Origin: an uncultured virus (IMG/VR IMGVR_UViG_3300010344_001075)
Taxonomy: Duplodnaviria; Heunggongvirae; Uroviricota; Caudoviricetes
Virus record (IMG/VR): IMGVR_UViG_3300010344_001075
DNA: 64,000 nt
Strand: one strand, 5' to 3'
The translations under genes and the position numbers were made by a program. The notes below the pieces were generated by a model. That model did no database searches and had not been told where the DNA came from. It was given only the letters and a program-made list of their open reading frames with translations. Shown in pieces: positions 47,041 through 56,254 of this stretch; within the stretch, counting starts at the first letter, position 1, and the number at the start of each line of letters is the position of its first letter.

Positions 47041-47433
47041 TTAGCCACAATTTCCACATCCGCAATCGTAGCCCATGATTTCTATATCTTCAGGATTAAG
47101 TTTATCTGGATATAAATTAATAAAGCACTCTAAGCATAAAGCTGTATTGTGCCATCGTTTTGGTATTTTAACCCAATCTTCATCTTTACAACTCCAGATA
47201 ACATGTTGGTCTCTGCCGCAATATCTACAGCTTTGTTTGTCTCTAAGTCTTAATTTTGTTAGTAAAAACTTTTTCAATCCTACACGTAAGTAGTCTAATG
47301 TCCTAAAGTACCATGCGTAATCAAAAAGATAACTTCGCTTACCACAGCTAATAAAACTGTGGCTAACACCGCATAAAACCAATAAAGGTTTTAGTGGGTT
47401 GCGAAGGGTTATAATTCTATTTAATGTTTTCAT
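47041..47433 (-). CDS. hypothetical Cys-containing protein that starts inside an attC-like loop
   Basis: MKTLNR... reads through TGTGGCTAAC; CRYCG and LCLEC motifs; stop in the GTTA core. Confidence 0.6.
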   Translation of the reverse strand: MKTLNRIITLRNPLKPLLVLCGVSHSFISCGKRSYLFDYAWYFRTLDYLRVGLKKFLLTKLRLRDKQSCRYCGRDQHVIWSCKDEDWVKIPKRWHNTALCLECFINLYPDKLNPEDIEIMGYDCGCGNCG

Positions 47434-47504
47434 ATATTGATAATTAAGTGTTTCAAATTCCTTTACTGGTCTTATGCCCACCGTTATCGTCCACTTCGCA
47501 GCCG

Positions 47505-47804
47505 CTAACACTCGTTCTCCTTCCAGTAGGCAAATAGTTCATCAATGGTTTGAAGTTTTCGCCCTTCAACATGAATGTTATCGTTGAGGATATATTCCTC
47601 GTTTAGTTCGCCAAAAAATATCTCCTGATCTTTTATGAGCCACTCAATAAATTCAAGTGGATAACCCGCATCTTCTTTCGCCACATAGTGTTCGCTGATG
47701 AGGGCGGTGAGGTCGGAAACATAAGACCGCATAGTGATGGGATGTTTTTTCCCCATCCATCTCTCCACCAACTCCCTTGCCGCTGCTGCTGATTTATCTG
47801 TCAT
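47505..47804 (-). CDS. hypothetical protein
   Basis: 99-aa ORF; EF.EWL and TIDELF.YW motifs. Confidence 0.7.
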   Translation of the reverse strand: MTDKSAAAARELVERWMGKKHPITMRSYVSDLTALISEHYVAKEDAGYPLEFIEWLIKDQEIFFGELNEEYILNDNIHVEGRKLQTIDELFAYWKENEC

Positions 47805-47807
47805 GGC

Positions 47808-48239
47808 TCAATGTATTTTTCTGTTTCGTATCCTTTTAATTCCCTTGCTATCGTAAGGATTAACCTCTAACGGATTAGGTCTGTCTTTGAATTGAGCCTT
47901 ATATTGCTCCATCCTCTCCTCCACCATCTTCTCTGCAAGTCGCTGGGCGTGGAGGGTGGCAAACTCGGTCATGGCGGCAATAGCACTATTTTCGTGTACA
48001 AACGAAGGATATTCTATACTGTGAGGATATTTATCAAGTATCTCCTCCGCACCCTCGGCTGTCGGCTGCTGCTTTTGAGATGCAGCAAACGCATTCATCA
48101 ACCTTATAACCTCATGTACCGGAATAAATGATCCATCATGTTCACATCCTTTCAGGAACTCCTCTGCTGTTGCACCCTCTCCGCAAAAAGGACAAGGCTT
48201 TGCCTGTTCAAATTGTTCTGTTGTCATATCGTTCCACAA
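47808..48239 (-). CDS. hypothetical protein (KPCPFCG, Lar-like N-terminus)
   Basis: Motif and operon packing. Confidence 0.6.
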   Translation of the reverse strand: MWNDMTTEQFEQAKPCPFCGEGATAEEFLKGCEHDGSFIPVHEVIRLMNAFAASQKQQPTAEGAEEILDKYPHSIEYPSFVHENSAIAAMTEFATLHAQRLAEKMVEERMEQYKAQFKDRPNPLEVNPYDSKGIKRIRNRKIH

Positions 48240-48571
48240 TTTTTACGTTCTATATCATTGCTATCAAGTTCAGTCCAGTATATTTCGTAAGCAACTGTCA
48301 TATCCTCCAATATTTCAAAGGAGTGATATTCATTTGGTTGAATAACTATGCTTTGCCCTGTTTCTAATACGGTTTCATCAGTAAGAGGGTATTCGTTCTT
48401 CTGTATTAAAATTTTAATTTTTCCTCGTTCTATAAAGAACATGGATAGCTTTGCCGTGTGGCGATGTAAGGAACTTTTGCCCCCTTCCCAACCAAATATA
48501 CGATGTACCTCTACGTTATTCTTGGAGAATATCTTACTTGTGTACCCCCAAATCTTTCCGTTCTTATCCAT
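48224..48571 (-). CDS. cupin-domain protein
   Basis: K.WG, SLH.H..K, G.S..I.PNEYH.F. Confidence 0.8.
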   Translation of the reverse strand: MDKNGKIWGYTSKIFSKNNVEVHRIFGWEGGKSSLHRHTAKLSMFFIERGKIKILIQKNEYPLTDETVLETGQSIVIQPNEYHSFEILEDMTVAYEIYWTELDSNDIERKNCGTI

Positions 48572-48574
48572 TTG

Positions 48575-49105
48575 TTATCCTTTTTGTATTGTCATAAGTA
48601 ATTCTCTTCTTCCTTCAAATCGAGCCTCATATGTCTGATCTAAATAAGCAGCAAACGCACCTGATCCTACAAGTTCCGCAAGAAAGACTTCTCCACAAAA
48701 TTTTATGTTATCCTTTGCCATTAGGCATTTCAATACATTACCTTTATTAAATACTTGTACTGGATCTACCTTCCATACAATATTATGCGCAGATACAGAC
48801 CAAGAAGGAGGTGCTTTTCTATAATGCTCTTCATCCGGATAATATCGGCATTGCATATCTACTCTGAAGTCTGTGCTTGCTGCAATGAGCTGCTGTTCTT
48901 TTTCATCATAGATATATAATACATCTATTGATTCAGGATCGACCTTAATAGTATGCTCAATTGGACCTGTATAAGTCTTACCAATAGCATCTACTGGTGG
49001 GATAGGTTCCTCTGGCAGAGCATCAATTTGTTTTAATACCACTGCTGGAACTGCCGCTACGGCGGCTGCTCCAAATATTCCTTTAAGAAAATCTCTTCTT
49101 CTCAT
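48575..49105 (-). CDS. protein with twin-arginine (Tat)-like signal peptide
   Basis: MRRRDFLKGIFGAAAVAA. Confidence 0.7.
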   Translation of the reverse strand: MRRRDFLKGIFGAAAVAAVPAVVLKQIDALPEEPIPPVDAIGKTYTGPIEHTIKVDPESIDVLYIYDEKEQQLIAASTDFRVDMQCRYYPDEEHYRKAPPSWSVSAHNIVWKVDPVQVFNKGNVLKCLMAKDNIKFCGEVFLAELVGSGAFAAYLDQTYEARFEGRRELLMTIQKG

Positions 49106-49713
49106 GTTGCTATTACTTTTGATTTCCCTTTCTTAATACTTACTTCAAATACTTTATCAGCATAAGAGGCCAATGTACTCTCATGCGTAACGATAATAAA
49201 CTGAACACCTAACCGCTGACTGATTTCTTTTATCATACGTGATGCCTTTTCTTGATTATCTACACTCAAAAATCGTAAAGGCTCATCCAAGATTATAGTT
49301 GCACGTGTTCTTGGATGGGCCATTGACCAAGAGGCTATCCTTAAGGCGAATGCAGCCACGTCCACTGCTCCGCCACCACTTGCTGTGAGCGGATCCATCT
49401 CACTATCCTCTCTTACGAATTTCAAATCACATTCCGTTTTATTCCTACGCTGTACAAACTCTACCTTCAGTTGGTAGGGTTCATTAAAGACACTCTCAAG
49501 GGCAAGAGATGTGATGTCCGAGATGTGGAATTGTAACTGCTGTTGCGTTTTCAATCCTACTTCCCGTACAACTTCTCGGGCAAGTTCATGACGGTGTAAG
49601 GTGCGGTTAGTTTGTTTCAATTCCAATTCTTTCTCTTCAATGCCTTTTTCAATTTGGAGGCGTTTCCCTTTCTGTTTGTCTAACCGGCTCCGCAAAGACT
49701 TGGTATCCATCAT
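49102..49713 (-). CDS. SbcC/Rad50-like ATPase, C-terminal half
   Basis: ASGGG signature, IILDEP Walker B, IVTH H-loop. Confidence 0.88.
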   Translation of the reverse strand: MMDTKSLRSRLDKQKGKRLQIEKGIEEKELELKQTNRTLHRHELAREVVREVGLKTQQQLQFHISDITSLALESVFNEPYQLKVEFVQRRNKTECDLKFVREDSEMDPLTASGGGAVDVAAFALRIASWSMAHPRTRATIILDEPLRFLSVDNQEKASRMIKEISQRLGVQFIIVTHESTLASYADKVFEVSIKKGKSKVIAT

Positions 49714-49946
49714 TCCTCGGGGTATTTTTCATCAAGTTCTTCGATGCTTGATTCAATATTTGTTTCAAGCGTTTTAATGTCTTCCTCCATTTTAGTAAGC
49801 TTTTTCTTGGCAGCCTCAATAGAAGTGGCACCCCATTGTTCTTTCAACTGCCGCATCAGGGCTGTCTTTTGCCCTTTAAGCTCTGCTAACTCATTCTTGG
49901 CTTCAGTGATCTTTTCTTTCAGATCAAGTAATTCTTTTTCTGTCAT
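49710..49946 (-). CDS. coiled-coil protein
   Basis: Heptad-rich 78 aa overlapping the SbcC C-half start. Confidence 0.75.
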   Translation of the reverse strand: MTEKELLDLKEKITEAKNELAELKGQKTALMRQLKEQWGATSIEAAKKKLTKMEEDIKTLETNIESSIEELDEKYPEE

Positions 49947-50128
49947 TTTATAGGGTTCTTTTTTAAGATGACTATTGCTGTTTCATACTGTTTAATTAAG
50001 GCGTCAAGGTTTTTCTTATGTCCGACGTGTTGTACAACTGAAATGGTTCCCATTTGACAGCACTTTGTGGAAGATTGTAATGCCCCCTTTCCACACGTCT
50101 AATTGCTTCTGAAGGCATTCAATTGGTG

Positions 50129-50341
50129 TCATCCTACAGGCCTCCCCCCTACGAATTTTGAAAACTCCCGAGCTTCCTCTTTCGTAATGAAGCCAGCCTT
50201 GTAAAGTTGGGATGCATGAAACGGACGGTCATCCGGGCTACAATAACGCAGTAGAATAATTGGATCCATTTGTTCAATTACGGAACCTAGATTTTTGTGC
50301 ACGGCATGCACGGCTCTTTTTAATGCTTTCAACTGACTCAT
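50129..50341 (-). CDS. hypothetical protein
   Basis: 70-aa ORF with ATGA overlaps. Confidence 0.6.
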   Translation of the reverse strand: MSQLKALKRAVHAVHKNLGSVIEQMDPIILLRYCSPDDRPFHASQLYKAGFITKEEAREFSKFVGGRPVG

Positions 50342-51288
50342 AATTCTTTGTCTTTGGTTAGTAATGCTTTGAAATATGCTATTGTTAATTTCAATCCCGT
50401 CTCAAGTGTAACCTGTGGTTCCCAATCCAACACGGCCTTTGCCAATTCTATGTTTGGGCATCTTTGTTTTGGATCATCAGTAGGTAAATCTTTGTAAACA
50501 ATGACAGCCTTTACCCCTGTCAATCGGGTAACGCTTTCTGCAAGTTCTTTCATTGTAAACTCACCGGGGTTCCCGAGGTTGAGTGGGCCAGTAAAGAAAT
50601 CAGGTTGTTGCATAAAACGAATAAAAGCCTCAATCAAGTCATCAACAAATTGGAAGCTTCGTGTTTGACTACCATCCCCGTAGATTGTGAGTGGAAGCCC
50701 TTTCAAGGCTTGTACAATGAAATTACTTATAACCCTACCATCATCTTTTCTCATCCTAGGGCCGTAGGTATTGAAAATTCTTGCTATCTTTACCGGGGTT
50801 CCGTATTGCCGATGATAGTCCATACAAAGTGTTTCAGCACACCGCTTTCCTTCATCATAACAAGAACGGAGCCCTACCGGGTTTACATTGCCCCAATACC
50901 ACTCTGGCTGCGGATGCTCTTCTGGATCCCCATACACTTCGCTCGTAGAGGCCTGCAGGATTGGGATGTTAAGCCTACGGGCAAGGTCGAGTGCATTTAT
51001 CGTCCCCATTACATTGGTACAGATCGTTTGTACAGGATCTTTTTGATAATGCACGGGGGAGGCCGGACAGGCCAAGTTGTAAATTTGATCCACTTCTACG
51101 GAGTACGGTTGTGTAACATCCCAACGTATAAACTCAAAGTTGGTGTCGTTTAACAAATGGTTGATGTTACGCTTATCTCCCGAGAACAGGTTGTCCATAC
51201 AAATGACTTGGTTTCCCAAGCTTAGAAGTGTCGAGCAGAGGTGGCTTCCTATGAAACCGGCCCCTCCTGTTACAAGTATTCTTTTCAT
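50338..51288 (-). CDS. uxs: UDP-glucuronate decarboxylase (UDP-xylose synthase family SDR)
   Basis: [56 protein letters not shown]. Confidence 0.92.
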   Translation of the reverse strand: MKRILVTGGAGFIGSHLCSTLLSLGNQVICMDNLFSGDKRNINHLLNDTNFEFIRWDVTQPYSVEVDQIYNLACPASPVHYQKDPVQTICTNVMGTINALDLARRLNIPILQASTSEVYGDPEEHPQPEWYWGNVNPVGLRSCYDEGKRCAETLCMDYHRQYGTPVKIARIFNTYGPRMRKDDGRVISNFIVQALKGLPLTIYGDGSQTRSFQFVDDLIEAFIRFMQQPDFFTGPLNLGNPGEFTMKELAESVTRLTGVKAVIVYKDLPTDDPKQRCPNIELAKAVLDWEPQVTLETGLKLTIAYFKALLTKDKEL

Positions 51289-51470
51289 TTCTGATATGGA
51301 TTAAAGAACACTTTAACTTCTGCCTTTTTCCTTGCCGGATCTTCTATATACATAATATCAAATCCTTCATGTAAGTTTGAGTCTTTTAACTTCTTTAGAT
51401 TTTCATCTAAGAAATCCTTCTCTTCCTGAGTGTCTCTTGGTGGGATAAAAATTACAACTACTGATTTCAT
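51285..51470 (-). CDS. hypothetical protein
   Basis: 61-aa ORF with overlaps on both sides. Confidence 0.6.
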   Translation of the reverse strand: MKSVVVIFIPPRDTQEEKDFLDENLKKLKDSNLHEGFDIMYIEDPARKKAEVKVFFNPYQK

Positions 51471-52366
51471 ATTTCTATTGCTTTATAAATGATGTCCATT
51501 ACTTTTGGATTAATTCGATTTGCTTTACTAAAAGCCTCAAGATTCTCCTCAAAGGATAATGAGGTTTCCCAGCCTTCTCCTAATCTACTGATAAAAGCAT
51601 CTATCCGGGCGTTTCTCTCCTCAGTAACCTCTATATGTGCTCGGCTTATAGAACCCTCGGAAAAGGGAAGGAAATGAGGTTCTACGGTATTCGTTTCCCC
51701 GTACCAAAGATAGACTCTTGGGCGGAAATCTATTTGGTCGGCATGTTGACGTGTTATGCCCCCGGGATTAACAAGTATTCTTCCTTCATGGTGTTCTACA
51801 AAGGGTAAATGATTGTGTCCTGTTACAATCAAATCATACTGAGGATACTTACGCAACAGAGCTCCAGCCATTGGGTCAGTTATTCCTGGCCAGGGTTTCT
51901 TCCCTTGGTAGGTCATCACGTGCCATACAAGTATTATTCTTTCATGTGCTGCAAGTAATCCATCCGCCTCTTCCGCAGGGCCATCCTCTTCAGGCTTCTG
52001 TCCCCAATGAACACCACCCATGACATTTAACTTACCAGCCTCTTTCAATACATTGATGCCACACTTGTTTGCCAAGTCAAGGTTGTGTTGGGGAAGATCA
52101 TGATTTCCGTAAATGGTAAAGAACTTGTTTGGTAAGTGTTTCAATGCCATTGACAGTAACCAAGGAGAAGGTTTCCAATGATTAAATAAATCGCCGGTGT
52201 GTACAATAGGACAATCATACTGCCGTTGGAGTTTCATTATATCCTCGACAGCATTCCATTGTTCTTCCTGGAAGTCACCGACGAAAGCCGTGGGGGTATC
52301 TTCCCGTAGATGCCAGTCTGCCGTCAAGATTAAGTCTGGGGCTCTCCTATTTTTTGTTCTTTGCAT
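51467..52366 (-). CDS. SbcD/Mre11-like metallophosphoesterase nuclease
   Basis: ADWH, GDLF, GNHD, GHNH, NPG; start MQRTK chosen. Confidence 0.9.
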   Translation of the reverse strand: MQRTKNRRAPDLILTADWHLREDTPTAFVGDFQEEQWNAVEDIMKLQRQYDCPIVHTGDLFNHWKPSPWLLSMALKHLPNKFFTIYGNHDLPQHNLDLANKCGINVLKEAGKLNVMGGVHWGQKPEEDGPAEEADGLLAAHERIILVWHVMTYQGKKPWPGITDPMAGALLRKYPQYDLIVTGHNHLPFVEHHEGRILVNPGGITRQHADQIDFRPRVYLWYGETNTVEPHFLPFSEGSISRAHIEVTEERNARIDAFISRLGEGWETSLSFEENLEAFSKANRINPKVMDIIYKAIEI

Positions 52367-52474
52367 TTTCTTTTGCCATATATTTTTGACATTCTTTCCA
52401 GGTTCCACGGAACCAAACAATTAATTCATCACGGTCTGTTACTTCGTATGTGTGGCCGTAGGCGTGTCTTATTT

Positions 52475-53533
52475 TCATTTCTTTAATATAGTATCACATA
52501 ATGGACAAATGTCTGGCATCTCTTTATGGAACTTTGTTTCTAATTTCGTAACATTGTTTCCAGTGGTTACAATATCATCATCAACAAGATTTACTTGATT
52601 TAGCAGGTATTGTAATTGAGATTTCGTTTTCTTTAACTCACGCAATTGTTTGTACTTATCAAGTAAGGATAGTACTAAAGGTTCAAGTGGCAATAACTCA
52701 TTGGCGGTTGTTTCTTTTCCTTCAAGCCCTTCCAAGTCATCAATTATAGCGTGTAATTCATCCGCTTGAGTTTGTAATTGATCCTGTTGTGTAATGTTAT
52801 CCAAAGTGGAAGTGACTAATCCTTCAAGCTCAAGTAACGGAGTTAACGTTTCAATCTCTTCCTCAAGGTCTGCATACTGGGTGATGACCTTTTTCAACGT
52901 GTCACGTTTCCCCCGCATGGAAGTAAGTCTAGATTCCATTTGTTCAAGGACCTCAATTTCAATCTCAAACTTTTCAAGGTTTTCAAATTGAGGTAACTTC
53001 GCTTTCTCAGTTGCTATGTCCGTTTCTAAATGGCTGACATCACTTTTCAATCCACGTATCCATCCGTTAATGGCAGAAGTTGCCGAGTCAATACGGTCAA
53101 GTCGGGCAACCTTGTTAAAGTGTGTTGCTACGGCTCCCGGGGTGTCTGATAACAGGAAAGTGGCATCATGTTGGTTTTGTAAATTGATTTCACTGATGTT
53201 AAGAACCCCTTGGATCTCTGCCGGTACTGAAGTACCAATAGCCTTAAATTCAATGTCTTCCTGTCCCTTGAGACGTAGAGTGTATTTATCAATCTTATCC
53301 TTACTCCGAGTAATGACACCTTCTTCTGTCTCCAACTGTACATTTGTAGCACCGCCCCATCGTGATCGTAAAGCGTCCCCAGAAGGTCTATTCCAAATAA
53401 GCCAACGCAAAGCTCTGATAATAGCCGTTTTTCCTCCATCCGTCGTACCAACGATGACATTAACTCCTTCATGAAAGTTGAGTACGGTTTTTGCATGGCT
53501 TTGGAAATTTTGTATTGATACTGATTTAAACAT
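52475..53533 (-). CDS. SbcC/Rad50-like ATPase, N-terminal half
   Basis: IQNFQSH, GTTDGGKT Walker A, Q-loop, coiled coil, terminal CPLC hook. Confidence 0.9.
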   Translation of the reverse strand: MFKSVSIQNFQSHAKTVLNFHEGVNVIVGTTDGGKTAIIRALRWLIWNRPSGDALRSRWGGATNVQLETEEGVITRSKDKIDKYTLRLKGQEDIEFKAIGTSVPAEIQGVLNISEINLQNQHDATFLLSDTPGAVATHFNKVARLDRIDSATSAINGWIRGLKSDVSHLETDIATEKAKLPQFENLEKFEIEIEVLEQMESRLTSMRGKRDTLKKVITQYADLEEEIETLTPLLELEGLVTSTLDNITQQDQLQTQADELHAIIDDLEGLEGKETTANELLPLEPLVLSLLDKYKQLRELKKTKSQLQYLLNQVNLVDDDIVTTGNNVTKLETKFHKEMPDICPLCDTILKK

Positions 53534-53534
53534 G

Positions 53535-53831
53535 TTACAAATGTATTTGATCTTCAGGATACGTTGCTACACCTATTCCAGTTATATCCACTAAATATTC
53601 CCAATGAAATTTGGTTACATTTATTAAAGAAAAATCTGTCTTTACAAATTTTGCTTCAAGTATTTTCACCGGATGTTCTTTTCCAAATAAAGGCATATAT
53701 CCGGTATCTCCGTACTTATACTTTGGAGTATTTTCTGCTTTCCAAATAAATTCATTTACTTGGTCTTTTAATCTACGAACTTCACCATCAAGTTCGTTAA
53801 CTTTGTTTTCAAGATATTCAATTTTATTCAT
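53535..53831 (-). CDS. hypothetical protein
   Basis: 98-aa ORF in the operon. Confidence 0.65.
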   Translation of the reverse strand: MNKIEYLENKVNELDGEVRRLKDQVNEFIWKAENTPKYKYGDTGYMPLFGKEHPVKILEAKFVKTDFSLINVTKFHWEYLVDITGIGVATYPEDQIHL

Positions 53832-54247
53832 TTTGCTTCATTTACATCGGGTGATACCGGTTTTGAAAACATTACCACTTCCTGTCCTTTTGGGAATTGA
53901 TCCCACTTAGGTACAAGAGCCTTATGATCGAACTCAACCGTCCTGAAATGCATCTTATACTTTACAGGGAACATCTGCTCAAGCCACTTTGGGAAGAGTT
54001 GCAATTTTAAATGCTCCCACCAATTCTTTGGGAATTCATACCCAACGTCATACTTCTGTATGTTTGACTGGCCGAGTATCTTCATAGTCACCTCAAAGAC
54101 CGCCTCATTTACTATAGACGTTGCCAGTGACCGTACATCAATTGAGCGGAATGAATAACGACCAAAAGTTTTGCGTAGATGTACACGCATTTCATCCAAA
54201 ACGATTTTGGTTACAACGTGTTCTTTGTATTCTTTTCCAGTGCTCAT
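53828..54247 (-). CDS. hypothetical protein
   Basis: P..WW.H.K...FP.WL...FPV motif. Confidence 0.7.
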   Translation of the reverse strand: MSTGKEYKEHVVTKIVLDEMRVHLRKTFGRYSFRSIDVRSLATSIVNEAVFEVTMKILGQSNIQKYDVGYEFPKNWWEHLKLQLFPKWLEQMFPVKYKMHFRTVEFDHKALVPKWDQFPKGQEVVMFSKPVSPDVNEAK

Positions 54248-54840
54248 TGTTTCATCATTTTTAACATTGGGGATTGTTGATTCGCCACATAATGTACGGC
54301 AAGGGCGTCAGCGACAGCCTCATCAATATATTTTGTGCCAGTCAAAAAAGAATGCCCATATAGTTTTCCAATAGCAACAATAGTCTCAGTCTTCGTCGCT
54401 GATTTCTTTCCAAGCAATTCCTTTTTAGAATCTTGTTCAGAATAATATTCAATTGGAAGAGATAGTAAGTCAGCCATTGTTTGTACAATACCTTGGACAA
54501 TACCAATCATTACGGCTGCGTTTGCGTTTTGACTACCATGTGGGGCTTCTGTCAAAATACAGTGCACATTGTACTTTTTAATGATAGCCAACAATTTTCT
54601 AACAATTTCAGAAGTACGACGGGCTCGGTCATCTGATACCCGTGTGCGGAGTTTCTTGTGTTCTGGTTCAGTCTTGATACACCCGGTAGCAATTACTTTA
54701 CCTTTCACATCTAATACGGCCCAACCCCAGGCAGTGAAGCTTGGGTCATTAGTTAGAATAGTAGGTTCTTGAAAAGTGCATTCGCCTGTTTCAAAATTAA
54801 GACTGGTCAGTCTTCGGCCTGTGTGTTTGGTCCTTTCCAT
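54244..54840 (-). CDS. ruvC: RuvC-like Holliday junction resolvase
   Basis: NDPSFTAWGWAV, TE, K.ATK, ADALAV. Confidence 0.85.
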   Translation of the reverse strand: MERTKHTGRRLTSLNFETGECTFQEPTILTNDPSFTAWGWAVLDVKGKVIATGCIKTEPEHKKLRTRVSDDRARRTSEIVRKLLAIIKKYNVHCILTEAPHGSQNANAAVMIGIVQGIVQTMADLLSLPIEYYSEQDSKKELLGKKSATKTETIVAIGKLYGHSFLTGTKYIDEAVADALAVHYVANQQSPMLKMMKQ

Positions 54841-55898
54841 TATCTGCGAGGTCTACGATTTGATTTAAACTGTAATTCTATCTTGTTCCAAAGTAAAATG
54901 ACTTCCTGCCTTAAACGTTCTGTCAAGTTCTCCTCCTCAATAATGGCAATAGACTTGTCCATTGACATATCCAACGAACGGTCACCAAGAATGTATGTCT
55001 TACTTTTACCATACGTTTTCAAAAACTGTAGGTTCTGCCGTATGTCATCAATCCCATAATCAAATATGATTGTCAACGGTGCTTTTCTGTACGGACGGTC
55101 AATAGAACTCTTGAAGACTTCTATTTCTACTTCAACGCCGACCACACGTGAAATCTCCTTTCCTCGGAAAGTGACTTCTTTAACAATCTTTTTCAAGACG
55201 TTTGTTTTCAAGCGAAGACTGGAGTAGAAGCCGACAGATTCCCCGCCGGGTGTCGTGTACTTAGGTGACCATTGTCCCCCGTCCACGTTGATTCGGACCT
55301 GGTTACTACATACCATGAGGAAGTTGTTTTGCGCCAGGATACGGCAGGTTTTTCGCAGTTCCTCACTGAATTCTTTGGCACGTCTCATCCCCATCTTATC
55401 CCCGTCATCTTTCCCCATCTCCATATCAGTGGATAAAGCAGCCAATGAGTCCGCCATGATACCATGTATCTTTCCCTTTTGCGGAGGCTTCCATTCTCGA
55501 ACCGTTTTGAAAACTTCTGGTACGGTGTCAGGTCGGTAATAATCCCCGTCCTCAAGTTTCATACCAAACATTTTGGAGAATGTAGGATTGATACGGGCCT
55601 CAGGATCATGGAACTTTACAAGACCCCCCTTCTCTTGTATGCACCCAGCAATTGAACTAAGCAGTACTGTTTTTCCTGAACCACTTGGCCCAAATATCTC
55701 TACCAGAATCCCTGCTGGTAAACCACCCCCACGAACTCTCCCTCCAGATATTGCTAAGTCAAGAAGAGTTGAACCTGTGCTAACGGTGTTGTAGAAATTT
55801 CCGTCATACTCAGTAAATACCTCTTCTTTATCCGACGCTATCTTGTTTTTCATTTGGCGGCTGATTGGGCCGGTTGGTCTTTTCGTTCGTTCCATCAT
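54840..55898 (-). CDS. recA: RecA/UvsX recombinase
   Basis: STGS..LD.AI, EIFGPSGSGKT, DSLAAL, NQVR, TTPGG. Confidence 0.95.
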   Translation of the reverse strand: MMERTKRPTGPISRQMKNKIASDKEEVFTEYDGNFYNTVSTGSTLLDLAISGGRVRGGGLPAGILVEIFGPSGSGKTVLLSSIAGCIQEKGGLVKFHDPEARINPTFSKMFGMKLEDGDYYRPDTVPEVFKTVREWKPPQKGKIHGIMADSLAALSTDMEMGKDDGDKMGMRRAKEFSEELRKTCRILAQNNFLMVCSNQVRINVDGGQWSPKYTTPGGESVGFYSSLRLKTNVLKKIVKEVTFRGKEISRVVGVEVEIEVFKSSIDRPYRKAPLTIIFDYGIDDIRQNLQFLKTYGKSKTYILGDRSLDMSMDKSIAIIEEENLTERLRQEVILLWNKIELQFKSNRRPRR

Positions 55899-56248
55899 TT
55901 AATGAGTTTAATGATTATTTCAGTCACTTGCCGTTCTTCCAAACCTTTTTTCAAAAGCTCAGATTTTAATCTTGTTTTGAATTCATCAAAATTAGATCTT
56001 GGCTTCTTCAGTTTTAACTCTTTCCACTCCTTATTTATTCGTTCGAAGAGTTCTTTTGTCAGTTCCTTCTCTGACATACTGGAATCAGTTTGTTCCATCC
56101 ATTGCTCAATTAGCATTAAGAACAATTCTGCTTTGGTTATTCCTTTCGCCAGTGTGTAGAGAGTTAAATAATTATGAACCCGGGGGGTTACTTGAACCCC
56201 CACGAGTTTATAATCATCACGCTTGCTTTTTACACCTAAGATTGGCAT
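55895..56248 (-). CDS. hypothetical protein (possible ribbon-helix-helix)
   Basis: KLVGVQV strand followed by two helices. Confidence 0.6.
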   Translation of the reverse strand: MPILGVKSKRDDYKLVGVQVTPRVHNYLTLYTLAKGITKAELFLMLIEQWMEQTDSSMSEKELTKELFERINKEWKELKLKKPRSNFDEFKTRLKSELLKKGLEERQVTEIIIKLIK

Positions 56249-56254
56249 AGTCTG

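Larger units (their letters stand above)
44452..47509 (+). mobile_element. integron-like gene-cassette array (4 attC-like hairpins, 2 attI-like sites)
   Basis: GTT.../...AAC inverted cassette ends and bulged hairpins (see findings); no IntI in the window. Confidence 0.75.

Noticed and set aside
44452..47509. CRISPR array
   Set aside because: Repeats are not identical, spacing is gene-sized, and no cas genes are present.
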